Of a stretch of 64,000 nucleotides of DNA, positions 1-12,659 are shown one piece after another. Location of the stretch: the NCBI GenBank assembly GCA_028023455.1, contig JAQFVV010000010.1, positions 8,556,001 to 8,620,000 on the forward strand, read 5' to 3'. The stretch's first letter is position 1, and each line of letters begins with the position of its first letter. Both the position numbers and the translations under genes were made by a program. The stretch comes from Epiperipatus broadwayi. Taxonomy: Eukaryota; Animalia; Onychophora. The notes below the pieces were generated by a model. It searched no databases, was not told the DNA's origin, and saw nothing but the letters and a program-made list of their open reading frames with translations.

Positions 1-1660
1 ATTAGCTTTGTTTATAGTCCAAGATATTTCTTGAATGGATTGATATGATGAATAAACTAATCTATTAATCCTAATTTTGGGTGAATAATTAGTTGGCATC
101 AATAGGTTATTCATTTTTCTTGTTGTATTGGTAAATAGAAAATTCATGGAACAACATGGAAGTAGTGTTTTAATACATTAAGCAAAAAAATAAACACGGT
201 TCCTAAATGTAATGGTCTTTATTATGCATGAACTATAGTTTCAAATAAGGTTGGATCATTTCAACTTATTTTTTAGGTGAGAGATGGATCACTGGAAATC
301 TAGCCAACTATACCAAACTTGAATTATAAATATATGTAACCATTACGTTTATATTTTTTACTAATGATGATAATATCAACAGTATTTTTATATTGACAGT
401 ATTCTTCTACCTTCACAATGATAATTGCACATGAAAGTTCATTCAGATCTCTCCAAGAACAAAATATATTTATTCAATTGATTATTACTGCATCTTTTTA
501 TAGATATTTGAGCATGTTTATTGAAAAATATTTATCAAATATCACTCTTATGGCCATATTTTTTATACCTTATCTCATCCATTTTAATCAAGTATATTTA
601 TTAAAAGAGAATAAGTCAAATACCTATACTGTGATGCTCACATGTTGGCATCTATAGTTTGCTTGTAGCATATAAATACTTAAATAAAAAAAAAAAACAA
701 TTAAAAAAGTCATATGTTTAATAAAATATATTTTGTTTTGAATGAATCTAGAATAAGGGAATCATTTATTTATTAAACTTAAAAATGAAATATTTTGTTT
801 CAGTTATTATCAATGATAACAATGCCTTATTAAAATTAGAAAAAAGAAAATCACATGTACAGAGCCAATATTTAAAAAAAAGGAAAAGACATTTTGTGTC
901 ATTATAGTTACAGAAACAATTTAAGCAAGCACACAGAATTTCTTTTGCTTAAATATTAGTTTTATTTTATCTCACTTTTATAAATATATTCAGGACATAT
1001 AGCTAAGAAATATGCACTGTAAGATAATGTGGAAAGGGAAGCATGAACTTCCCCTTCATTTGGTATTTCTATGACTAAATCGAAAAATGGAATGATTACA
1101 ACAACCATTATAAATATTACCAAAATCACACTTTTTTTTTAGACTGCAGGTCAGTCGAAACGTAGGTGCATATATATTTACAAATATAGAGTTTTGCTAA
1201 AAAGTGTTTGAAGCGGTTTGGATAAATTACATTAACAACCATTATGCTTAACTGTCATAAAGCTACGAAACTATACAATTTACCATGGATTATATCATCA
1301 TTAAAGGAATAAGTGAATATCATTTAATATTCATGGAAACCTACATTTGTATTTTGTTATCATCTGTATGCTAAGAAAAACATTGTGAGATAGTAAAATC
1401 TAAGTTGAAATTAAATATAAGTTAAAATTGGTAACAGATGATAAAATAATTTTTTTTAAAAAAATTATCTAAATGAAATAAGTTTCATTTTTTAATAATG
1501 GTTAAGAGTATAATAGTAGCTTAATGATAAAATATTTATCAGTCTTTTTATATTAATAGCTTTTATTATAAGGTAATTTAATCTTATCATTCAATGTAAG
1601 CTTAAATAATAGGCTCATGTAATTAAGACGAAATCAATTGTCAATGTATTTTTTTTTTTT

Positions 1661-1864
1661 TTGTGAGGAAAATTTGTAATTAACCTTTATATGACTGTAT
1701 CATTTAATAATTTTAATCATAGATCCTTAATTGCAATCTAGCAGGGGGTAAATTATAATATATTGTGAGGAAAATTTGTAATTAACCTTTATATGACTGT
1801 ATCATTTAATAATTTTAATCATAGATCCTTAATTGCAATCTAGCAGGGGGTAAATTATAATATA
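1661..1864. repeat. Direct tandem duplication, 2 x 102 bp
   Basis: TTGTGAGGAAAATTTG...GGGGGTAAATTATAATATA starts at 1661 and again at 1763; the copies look identical by eye. Confidence 0.95.
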
Positions 1865-2646
1865 TATATATTAGATCATAGTTGGTAAATTAGAACTATG
1901 TTCTTTGTCTTAGCTACCTCAATGAGTTAATGTTTACTTCAATAAATATTATTATTATTAACCTGAATATTTTGATTTGCCTATTGCATGAATTATTATA
2001 AAACTATTTCATTACACAATTTATTTACAATTAAATATTTAAGTGTATATTCTATACTATATAGCTCATTAGCAAGTAAAATACTATTTATTGAACTTTA
2101 TCTTCTTTGCGGAGCAGATGTATTTATTATGAGTCCATTGTAGATGTAAATCCAAACTGCCAAAGAGCCATTTGTGGATCAACATATTATTTATTTGTTA
2201 ATTATATATTTTAGTTGCCTAAATACAACATTTATGTAGTATATTTTAGTTTGCCCAAATATTTAGTGCATAAGTGGAGAAAATCATTTGGTTCATGAAT
2301 TTGTTTATTAATGTGGTTGCCCAAATCTCTGAGGCACTTGCCTGATAAATAGCCCAGCTCAGTTATATTTTCTTTTACATTCATGATTACCAAAACATGC
2401 AAGCATTTATTTTACAGTTACATTTTGGCAGTCTTTATTAGTTTTCATTTACATTTTGGCTCATCCAATAAGGAAATATTGTATTTATTAGACAATGTTG
2501 CTTCATTACCATTGTTCATATACAGTTTAGAATAGTTTCCTTCACAATATATGGAAAGAAGGAATTGAACCAGATTAAAAAAATATTTCTTGCAATTCTG
2601 ACATTGTTATGAAGCAAATCACTTTATATATATATATAATTTTTAA

Positions 2647-2840
2647 GATTTGAAATACCAGGCACTCTTAAACCTGGAGCCTAATTGTAAATATAGGGAT
2701 TTGAGCTCAGACTTTCAAGCCCCTTCACCATTCACACTATCTCATACTACTGATACACATGTGTGTGGCCATGTGTATCAGTAGTATGGGTAGTGTGGAT
2801 GGTGAAGGCGCTTGAAAGTCTGAGTTCAAATCCCCTATAT
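2647..2840. mobile_element. Family F2 fragment as a fold-back hairpin (~71-bp arms, ~8-nt loop)
   Basis: 2691-2761 is the near-perfect reverse complement of 2770-2840; the sequence matches the F2 copy at 20940-21060; the ribozyme segment is absent. Confidence 0.85.
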
Positions 2841-3957
2841 ATAAAATTTTAATAAATTGATAAAGTAGATCTGTTGATTTTAAACAATTTTGTTTTGTTT
2901 TGAACTGTTTTACTTCCTTTTCCTCTTATTTATCTAAAACCATGAATATGGCATTAATCAGTGCAGTCTCAGAGTAACAGACTTGGTAGCATGAGGTCTT
3001 CAGGATTCCAATGCTGGAAATTCCAGCACTCAGATTTCTTATAAACTCATAAACAACAAATCCATTTGATTGTTGTTACTACTAATCCTACATAAATATT
3101 CAGTGTTCTATGTGAGTTTCATAATCATAAGAGAGTATAGATGCAATCACATATATCCAGAATAAATCTTATGACATCAAAATTCTGAATTTATTAATTT
3201 TATATGAATCAATTATGACACTTTTTATTGAAATATTTAAAACTGATTATAAAAATATATAGTTAGAATATTTTACATTTACAAGAAAAAAATCTTTCAT
3301 TGTTTTTTCTTTTTTCAAGCAACCTAAAATTCATAACTTATATTTAAAAAATTTAAACAAAATAAAATATAAAATCAAATAATAATTTACTATTTCTATT
3401 GATTTTAAAAACCGTTAAATATATTCTATTTCAATTTTTTACGTCTTGGACAACTAACTGAAAAATGCATTTATCTTGAATCCTCTAAGAAAATGCCCAC
3501 ACGTGACTAATAAATTTAAAAAGAAAACTAAGACACAAAACAAGTAAATTAGTAATTAAGACTGCTTTAATGCAGAATTTAATTAATCTCAAAACACATT
3601 CATTTCCTAATGGTAATTCATCTTAAAACACATTCACATTTTTAAAGAGGATAATATATTTCAGTGTACAATAATTTATTTATTTAGTATAAAAACGCAA
3701 AGAAGAAAGCATTAGTGCGTCTAGAACTGATTTATGGAATTAAAATGTTAAAGTCTGAATAATATATATATATATACTGTACTTTTCTTTTGAAACTAAT
3801 TTTTTTTAGACTGTTATGTGCTTAAAAACACATTTATATATATTAAAGTAATAAAAATTATTGAAAAGAAATAGATTATTTTATTTTTGCAACAGAAAAC
3901 AAAAAAACTTGATGTCTTCATTAAACTGATAGTCTTGCTTAATATTTACTAATAACA

Positions 3958-4347
3958 ATTACAAAGAAATCAAGTCATGTCACATGACCTATATAAGCGT
4001 GTTAAATTAGGTCATGTGACTCATGACTTGATTTCTTTGTGATTTTATTTTTTGCTATAATGACTTTGGCGATTTTATATTGCTAAAGTTATTAATATAT
4101 GGTGTAGCTGAACTTGGTTCAGTCCCATATGGCTATTTCAGTTAGATAGCTGGATTGGAAGACATATGGATGTCTGAAAATTTCAGATTTTCTTCTTAAT
4201 AGTTATCCATTAGATAAAGTGCTGGGCTTGTCCTGGTATTTTTAATCTAATGCTTGAATATCCTAGCACTTCACTGAGGAAGCCAATGGGGTTAGGGATA
4301 TTCTGCAAACCTTGTTAAGAGCTTATTTGCGAGCTCTATATACAACA
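3958..4347 (+). mobile_element. Family F3 insertion with short 5' inversion; ribozyme decayed
   Basis: 3961-3990 is inverted against 4009-4040; 4050-4280 aligns with the reverse complement of 22380-22600; 12-bp direct repeat TTACTAATAACA at 3946-3957 and 4348-4359; CTGAGGA is retained near 4274 but there is no GAAA or stem III. Confidence 0.8.
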
Positions 4348-4569
4348 TTACTAATAACAGATATAATGCTCTTATTTACAATTTTAGTCCAAAATGTAAA
4401 AAGTTCAACGATTTTAACATACATGTATTTTTATTTTATAAATTGAAACATTTAGACATTTACTATCTTACCAATCTTTGCAAATATTTAATAATTTTAT
4501 ATGTTTTTATAGAAGTATTTATGAACTTTAAGAATAAACAAAACCAAAATAAATAATTATAATAATAAA

Positions 4570-5190
4570 GATGTTGAGTTTGTTTATAAACTGTAAAATC
4601 TTGAATAACTGAAGAAGAAAATTCAAAGCTTTAACAATTTAAATATGGATATAAATGGAAGCTAATATTTGGATTGATAAAGTTGAAAATGATGTATTAA
4701 ATAAATAGATGAGATAAAAAATAATTGATAAAGAAACTAAAAAATTGAAGAAAAATTAGATTAAATATATTTTTCAAAATAACTGAATTATGAAAGATAT
4801 GCTGAAGAGATGGGATTATGGCAAAATATGTCAATAAGAACAACGGCTGATTTTAAAATTAACAAAAAGCATATAGCAATTGATAACAATTTTGATTTCT
4901 TGCACCATTTAGCAAAAAAAATAATCAAAGATTCATTGGAAGCTTGCATTCGGCAAAATTCAAATAAAATGATAATGTAGAGATTGTATTATTTTGGCCT
5001 CATTATGAAACATTTAAAAAGATTGGAGAAAGCAAAGTGATGAAGACAAGTTGATATACTCCATCTTCACAAAAATGAGTAAGCTTTTGAGAAATCTTAT
5101 AAAACCTAAGTACAATTCTAAAGAAATACTTATTCATATGTTGGTAGTAGTCAACTCAATGACAGCTTATAATAATAATAATATTAACAA
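4570..5190 (+). mobile_element. Decayed RTE-clade LINE 3' fragment
   Basis: Translation KDSLEACIRQ...RLYYFGLIMKHLKRLEK resembles the RTE/BovB C-terminal SLE..KLQYFGHLMR..SLEK; it ends in a (TAA)n-like tail near 5168-5190. Confidence 0.6.
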
Positions 5191-5299
5191 TAACAACATC
5201 ACATGTGCATTGCTCTCAGATATTTGATGAATAGGCATTAGATACGGATCCAGCACTCATTGATTTCTAGTTATTTTAAGATCAAGTTTTATTCATTTT

Positions 5300-6125
5300 A
5301 AGCCATTTAAATTATTTAATTCTTTGAACAACTCTTTAATTGTATTTGGCCTGCCACATACAATTAAACCAATAGTAAAAAGAGGTTATATTCCATATAA
5401 ATCAAGAGTGCCAATGCCACATAAAATGGCAGATTTGAAGTCTTTCTTATTTAAATATAATTGTCTTTGCAAATATTCATCAGATAAAGGCAAAAATATT
5501 GAAATATATTCGAATGAATTGTTAAATGTTGGTTAGAATAAAAATTTTAATAATAATATTGATCCTCCTGCTAATAAAAAAAGATGGATATCAATACCAT
5601 ATACTTTGAATGATAAAATAAATTTTACAAGGAAGATTTACACCTCCTACATTAAACAAATTAATAAATAATTCTAAAGATAAAACCTTATTTATAAATA
5701 AAAATTATATCATTTATAAATGGATATGTAAGTGTGGTAGTGGATATATAAGTGAGTCAAGATGTACGTTGGAAAAAAAAAACTAAAGAGCACTTGCTGT
5801 TGTTAAAAAGAGTTCAGAAATTGAATCAAAATTGCACAGTAGATAATAATATTTCAGCATCCGTTTTTCATGACCATAATAATTCATGTACTTATGGTTT
5901 TAATTTCAATTACAACAATGTTAAAATATTGCAAATTGAAAAAAATAACAACAAAAGAAAAATAAAAGAAGCTATGCTAATATATAAATACAAACATAAC
6001 TTAATTAACAGGCAGGCAGCAAATATTAAGATCACAGAATTGTGTAAAGGTTAGCCTTTCAAAGTGTTAGTTGATAAAGACTACAAGGATAGTTGAAAGC
6101 ACTCCTAAGTGGATAAAATTGTAAA
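5300..6125 (+). mobile_element. Decayed Penelope-like element 3' part: RT thumb, linker and GIY-YIG endonuclease
   Basis: Broken frames give KRWISIPY, then NYIIYKWICKCGSGYISES (GIY-YIG core with Cys pair), then ORF 5752-6054 KTKEH...FNFNYNNVKILQIEKNNNKRKIKEAMLI...LINR; a decayed hammerhead follows at 6067-6108. Confidence 0.8.
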
Positions 6126-6206
6126 AATATATCTGATTACTGTATTTATAAATATTCAATTATATAACTACATATATTGCTTTAAAGAAATACAGATATC
6201 AAATTA

Positions 6207-6244
<38 letters not shown>

Positions 6245-6622
6245 AACCTCAAAAGAATTGATGAGTGAGACTAATATAAATATTGTGTACATTCTAAATA
6301 ATTGTAACCTATGGAGACAATATGATAATAACATAAACAATAGAGGCAGACTAAACCTCATGCTAAACATAGTAATATAATAATCTCAAGCTTATAATAG
6401 ATACAAAAGATCAGTTCAAAATCTAGGTTAGGTCTTCTATATGCTGCTTTAAGAAAAATGCACCAAGACAAATGCAAACATCAAATCAAAAGAAGAATTC
6501 TAATACTCTGCTTTAATAAACAAGACATTAGGAGGAAAGTATTCTGATACTCTCTCTCCTTAAAACAACTCTTGAAATCTTAAACAGCACATTTCACAAA
6601 AAGTTAGGTTACTTTTAATACT

Positions 6623-7581
6623 ACTAAACATCACATGATCACCATCTTATGCTAGCACATAACTGTTAGTAAACAAAAACTCTCCATATAGTAGTGCCAT
6701 CTTGTGCTAACCAGAGTAATCAATGGATTCCAGAAGGCTTGTGCATAAAATCCCTATCTAGTGCCTACTCATCCAATATCCCCAGTTTAGTTTCTGGCTT
6801 GTGGTCTTCATCAGTGAGGAGCCTTGGATCTGAGAGCACTGCACCTAGATCTTAGGATCTAATGCAAACCTTCAGCAGCCATCTTTTATCTCTTCTTCAC
6901 TACAAAACTATAAGAATAAAATTGAAAAAACAATAATATTTTCAATCTAAGCTCAATAGCTTATATAGTCATATGGGTCTGAACTCAATTCAGCACCCAT
7001 ATATTTTGGTGACTTTGGCTCTTTAACAACCATAGCCACCATTATCCTATTAGGCAGGATTGGTGTTAAACCACTAAACATCACATGATCACCAGGTGGC
7101 ACTACTATATGAAGAGTTTTTGCCTGTTTACTAACAGTTATGTGCTAGCATGAGATGGTGATTATGTGATGTTTATTGGTTTAACACCAATCCTGCCTAA
7201 TAGGATAATGGTGGCTATGGTTGTTAAAGAGCCAAAGTCACCAAAATGTATGGGTGATGAATTGAGTTCAGATCCATATGACTATATAAGCTATTGAGCT
7301 TAGATTGAAAATATTATTGTGTTTTCAATTTCATTCTCATAGTTTTGTAGTGAAGAAGAGATAAAAGGTGGTTGCTGAAGGGTTGCATTAGATCCTAAGA
7401 TTTAGGTGCAGTGCTCTCAGATCCAAGGCTCCTCACTGATGAAAGCCACAAGCCAGAAACTAGTCTGGGGATATTGGATGAGTAGGCACTAGATAGGGAT
7501 TTTATGCACAAGCCTTCTGGCATCCATTGATTACTCAGGTTAGCACAAGGTGATACTACTATATGGAGAATTTTTGCCTGT
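6623..7581. mobile_element. Family F1 head-to-head double insertion (two slightly longer than monomer copies, ~450-nt unit)
   Basis: Minus copy 6623-7093 with terminal redundancy TAAACATCACATGATCACC at 6625 and 7075; plus copy from 7094 with redundancy at 7094 and 7548; 14-bp TSD TTACTTTTAATACT at 6609-6622 and 7582-7595. Confidence 0.92.
7430..7471 (+). ncRNA. Minimal type I hammerhead ribozyme (F1), stem II weakened
   Basis: TCCTCA-CTGATGA-AAGC-CACAA-GCCA-GAAA-CTAG-TC-TGGGGA; core intact, only 2 bp of stem II remain. Confidence 0.65.
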
Positions 7582-9927
7582 TTACTTTTAATACTCTTCA
7601 TCTAACATACCTAATAAAATTAAATTTTATAATCACAAATAATTTTATAAATAATCAGATCTCAGCCATAGCAATTCTTGCTCAAATAGCTCAGGTCTTC
7701 TATACAATATAATTATTTTTTAAAATAATTATGATAATCAAAGTTCAGGGTTCTTTCATTAGCAAATTCTTCAGTAATCAATAATCTTCTTTTATTTCTT
7801 AAAAACCAACCAAGAATGTGATCCTAGTGACAATTAATAATAATAAGATATGACCTTGGTTTTAAGATGATATTTTTGTAAATCAAATAATTGTTAAATT
7901 TAAAATTAAATATGAAAACTCATACACTAAAATGAATTATAACCTACTAGAATGACATTCATAACATTATGAATAGAAAAGATATTTTTTTATTACCCAA
8001 ATATCACACCAACAGATTTTCTTCTAATCGTATATCAAAATGAAGTAAAGTAATCTCATGATCTTAACTCAAGATGAATAAAGTAAAGTTATCTTATTAT
8101 TTTAATTTAAGATAAATAAAATAATAATATTCAAAGATGTTATCTTAACATCAGAAACATAATATAATCAAATGACTTTATATCATATTTTCTTGTACTC
8201 TCAATGCATAAAGTAAATATGTTATGACATAGTTAGATTTCTGAGGCTGCAGATGATGATGATAAAGAAAAGAAATCATATATTAATAATTAATATAATA
8301 TTTATTGGCATTTATGACCCAGAAAAGCAAACATTAAACTATTTAATAAACTTTATAAATTACAAAATTTCCCTGATGAAAAATAAAATAATAGGCTACC
8401 TTTTGATATACTAATAAAAATAATTAGTACCCCAGATTCAATAACGTTTTCACTTTTAACAAATTCACTTTCTATTACACAGATCCTATGTGAAACATAT
8501 TCAATAACTCTAAATAAGATAAAATCTTACTATCCTTTGGTAATAATGAATTTTAAAGATGTAAAAAAATTTATGGCCATATGAACAATTATAAATTTAA
8601 TAACAAACATTTTATTGAGATTTTAAAACATCTGGATATACATTCTAAGCATATCAACAATATCTACATATCAAAACTACTCCAATTTATCAAGAGCACA
8701 AATGAAGGCATGGTTGGCATCACACATCACCTTCAACATATGAAATGCCAGGATAAAGACATGGTTGAGCATCACACATGAATTTAAATATATCACCTAG
8801 ATACACATCAAAAAATTGTAAAAGCAAAGGCAAAATAAGATGATGGCATAATTAGATAAGCATCTACACAAGAGGGCAATAACAAGCTAGAACCATGTCT
8901 CTAGTCATAAAAATATGAGAATAAACCATCAAAAAAAGAGATTACTTAAATATAGGATTACATGCTTAATATCACAAAGATATAATAAAACTCACTGGCA
9001 TAATAAAACAATATATAACATAGAGATAACATTACTACCTTCTATAATACCAACAAATAACTGATGTGTAAAATGAATAAAATATGGAAAATGTAGCTAA
9101 ACATATAAAATTTTGGCAAAAATAATTCAATAATAAAAATAAACATCAACTTTGTGAACTCTTCCAAACATTTATTCACATCCTAAATGATTCCAAAAGG
9201 GTGCAAGTTAAATACACTTTAAAATTTTGTTACTCTGGTAACATTATGAGAACTTAACATGAAAATGAATGTTAAACCTATACACAAAATAATATAGAGA
9301 AAATAAAATGAATGTAAGGCATGTAAAAATAAATATTAAAACTAAATATTTTATACTCATTTACCAAATAAAATAAACAATCCTTAAGACTTGATTTTTC
9401 CATACCATTAACACAGGATACAGTCAAATAAAAGTCCTTGTATACCCTGAAGACTTCACAGGATCTCTGGATGACATTGAAGATTAAATCAATAAATAAT
9501 AATATAAATATGAGGTAAGCAGAAATTGAATTAATGACACAAATAAGATAGCCATTCTAAATAAATGATGTAGAGTGAATAGGTAGTAAGACAAGTAGCA
9601 TGAATATTGCATATATTGTAGGACAATAATATAATAAGCCTTGTAGATCTTTAATAACACATTAAATAGCAATATTTCATTTTGTAAAATACCATTCACA
9701 CTCTCATGATGAATATAACTGAAGAACACATTTTAAATAGAACACAGTGAGGAGCAATAAACCCTTTTAAAGAATACCTATATTTTGAGTATAATAATTT
9801 GGAGCAAACAATATAATGTTGAGAAATTATAACAAATTCTTAAGAAGAGTATAATCATATATATTACTTATAACACTTTTTCCACATACACTTTAATGCA
9901 ACAATTTTTTTAAAAAACTTCTTTATT

Positions 9928-9970
9928 CTCCTTACAGTTTCGACTGTCCAGCAGTCTTCATCAGAGCTCT
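9928..9970 (-). ncRNA. Hammerhead-like motif in a PLE-type 3' end, probably decayed
   Basis: Minus strand CTGATGA-A-GACTG-CTGGA-CAGTC-GAAA-CTG-TA followed by AATAAA; stem II is perfect but stem I has only 2 bp. Confidence 0.4.
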
Positions 9971-12659
9971 ATCTTCTTCTCTGCTTTAATTAAAATCATG
10001 TTTTGTAGGTAATGTACACATTATGAACACATAATACTTATGCTACATTAAAAGCAATTATTCTTTTAACAACAGGTAAACACATTTAACAATAACATAG
10101 AATAAATAAGTATCCAATTTTTTTTAAAAAGAAACAAACATTTCATTCCTCTAAAAATTCATAAACATACATTAATAATTAATGTTTCTAAATTCCTTTA
10201 CCATTTATAGGGTTCTACCATTTTAGCTGCAGTTTAAATTTAATAAATAAATTAAATTAAACCAAAATAGAACATACTGGAAAATGACAGTAATATTTAA
10301 CATTTCAATAAAAACAATGCATTTAAAGTCTTTGTAAAAATAACATGTAAATTCTTTCCAAAATTAATGTAAAATAATTTAAAAGTTCTGGCAATTAATA
10401 TTAAAATTATATCTCTTAAAATGAAATATGAATATGATAAAATAAATAAATTGAAACCAATAATAATTTTAATAATGTAATAGTAATAATACCTTCGATA
10501 TAAATCTGCTGTAGGATAAAAATAATGGAACAACATATCCCTGCAATGTACATATGTTGTTTAAAATAATTTACCATAAGCTTGGAGTAGTTTGAAGTAT
10601 GAATAGGCTAGATTATAAAGACCTGAATAGATTATTATTTTAGCAATGCATAATTTTTTACTTAACAAAAATAATATTTGAACACACTGGAGAAGGATGA
10701 TAATGGATGGGTGTGCATAAGTGCAGTGATCAGGACTTGTATAGAGTAAGTCACATGATAGACAATTACAGATATGGTTGACAACTGGGTGTTATCTATC
10801 AATTAAAATATATGACCTAATTAAGCTATGAGGTCACAATTTTTTTAATTACAAAGTTAAAATTCTAATAATTAATCAAATTAACACACTTTGGAAAATT
10901 TCAAATCAACTGTCTAGACAAAATAATTAAATATTTTATTACTGTTATATTATTTAAATTATTATTTGATATTTGAAGTCATTTAATAAAATAATAATAA
11001 AAAAAAAACATTGTTTAAATACACTTTTTTAAATTTTCTCAGAATACTATTGAATTGTTTTAAAATGTTTATAATATTTTCAATAGAAAATATTATAAAA
11101 CAAAACATTAAATTAATTTTAAACATTATTACTTTTGAACATGGAAGTACTTTAAATAATTAAAAATTTTCATGCATGGGTACTCACACGCATAAAAAGA
11201 CAACTGTTAATTTAAATTTTATTAGTTATGGTTAGATTTTACTAAAATAAAAACTAAATTAAAGCATTAATTTAGCACTCCTAAACTTTATCTTAATTAA
11301 ATATTTAAAAACCCATTTTAGGATTGAGTCATGATATTTTAATTTAATAAACTTAAGTTAAAAATATTTCAATTCTTCTACTATGACATGTGTAAAATTA
11401 AGTTACACTTTAAATAAATAATAATTTATGACAAGGCACTTATAATTACAAAGAAGTTAAATTATTAAGTTTAAAAATTATTGAAATATACTTACATAAT
11501 ATTGTTTTAAATTAATAATATCCTATAGCAGTAATTATGATTCATTTGAATTAATTATAAATGTATTTTAATTATTATTGCAATAATGATATTTATTTAT
11601 TGGAAAATAAACTATTAATTTTTTTTTAAATATTATTACAGAAATGGACATTCAGTTCTACAGCAAAAACTGAAGGTTATGTTATATAGTAAAGAAAAAA
11701 GATATTTTAATATTGACTTATATGCCATAAGAATTTTATATGCATTTTTGGTCAAGATATCTCAAACAATAAAGTGGAAGTTAGCTATAAAATTAACAAT
11801 AATTTTTTTTCTTAATTATAATCTCAATATTTCATAACCTGACATAAATGATGATAGGTGATTATTGGGTTTATTAAATAATTTGATGTAAATATTTAAT
11901 TAAAAATGCTTATGTGTATTACCATTTATATATATATAAATTTAATTAGTTGTCATTAAAGTATTTATTTTTGTTGCATTAAAAGAATATTAATACTTTA
12001 TTCATCATTCCTTTTTACATATGACATATTTATTATGATAAACTCATCAGAGATTAATTAATGAATTTAAATATATTAAAATAATGAATTCATAATAGTT
12101 TATATTTAGAAGAATAGGCCTCTTATGACCCAGGATCCGTGATTATTGGTAGCATTTAATAATTTATCAAATGTAAATTCAAATTATCTTTATAATATTC
12201 TTAAGACTTGTCTGTGAGATGACATGACAAGTTAACTTTAAGTACTTATATTTAAGAAAGATATGTATATTCATTTGGCAGATCAAAGTATAGCTAAGTA
12301 TATTCTTAATCTGATTACTTATATAATAGTGATCCCATAAGCTTATTACATTTGAAAATCCAATGAGAGTCATTCAATTTTACAATTTATCATGCCCCAT
12401 TTCAATATATATATATTGTAACCTTTGGTTTTGACCAAAGCTTCATTAGTTTTAAGCTGGTTTTATTTAAAACAGTATATGTTAAAATTTTCCTCATAAT
12501 ATTCATTAAGTGTGTTATCAATGTTATTTAGAGAGTATTAAGTCCAAGTCAAAATAAAAGCTTGAATAGATTTTCATAAAGTTACTTAGTAGTAAGCAAA
12601 ATTCATTCAAAAATGCTTAAAAATAAGAATTGTCTTATTTACAGTGTCAATTTAATAAA

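Larger units (their letters stand above)
6242..9750 (+). mobile_element. Highly decayed Ty3/gypsy-like LTR retrotransposon, interrupted by the F1 insertion
   Basis: LTR-like segment TGTAACC(6242)...AATAAA...GGTTAC(~6612); RT-like RLPFDI..ISTP, ITLNKIK and FKDVKKFM at 8390-8580; integrase C-x2-C-like NECKACK near 9310. No 3' LTR was recognised. Confidence 0.4.

Noticed and set aside
991-1015. Candidate micro-exons (991-1015, 13351-13361, 21932-21984 and others)
   Set aside because: Splice-like motifs alone cannot be chained into a recognisable protein without transcript data.
6779-6820. Active F1 ribozyme on the minus strand
   Set aside because: The cleavage triplet is mutated (CTAA-AC instead of CTAG-TC) and stem II is mismatched.
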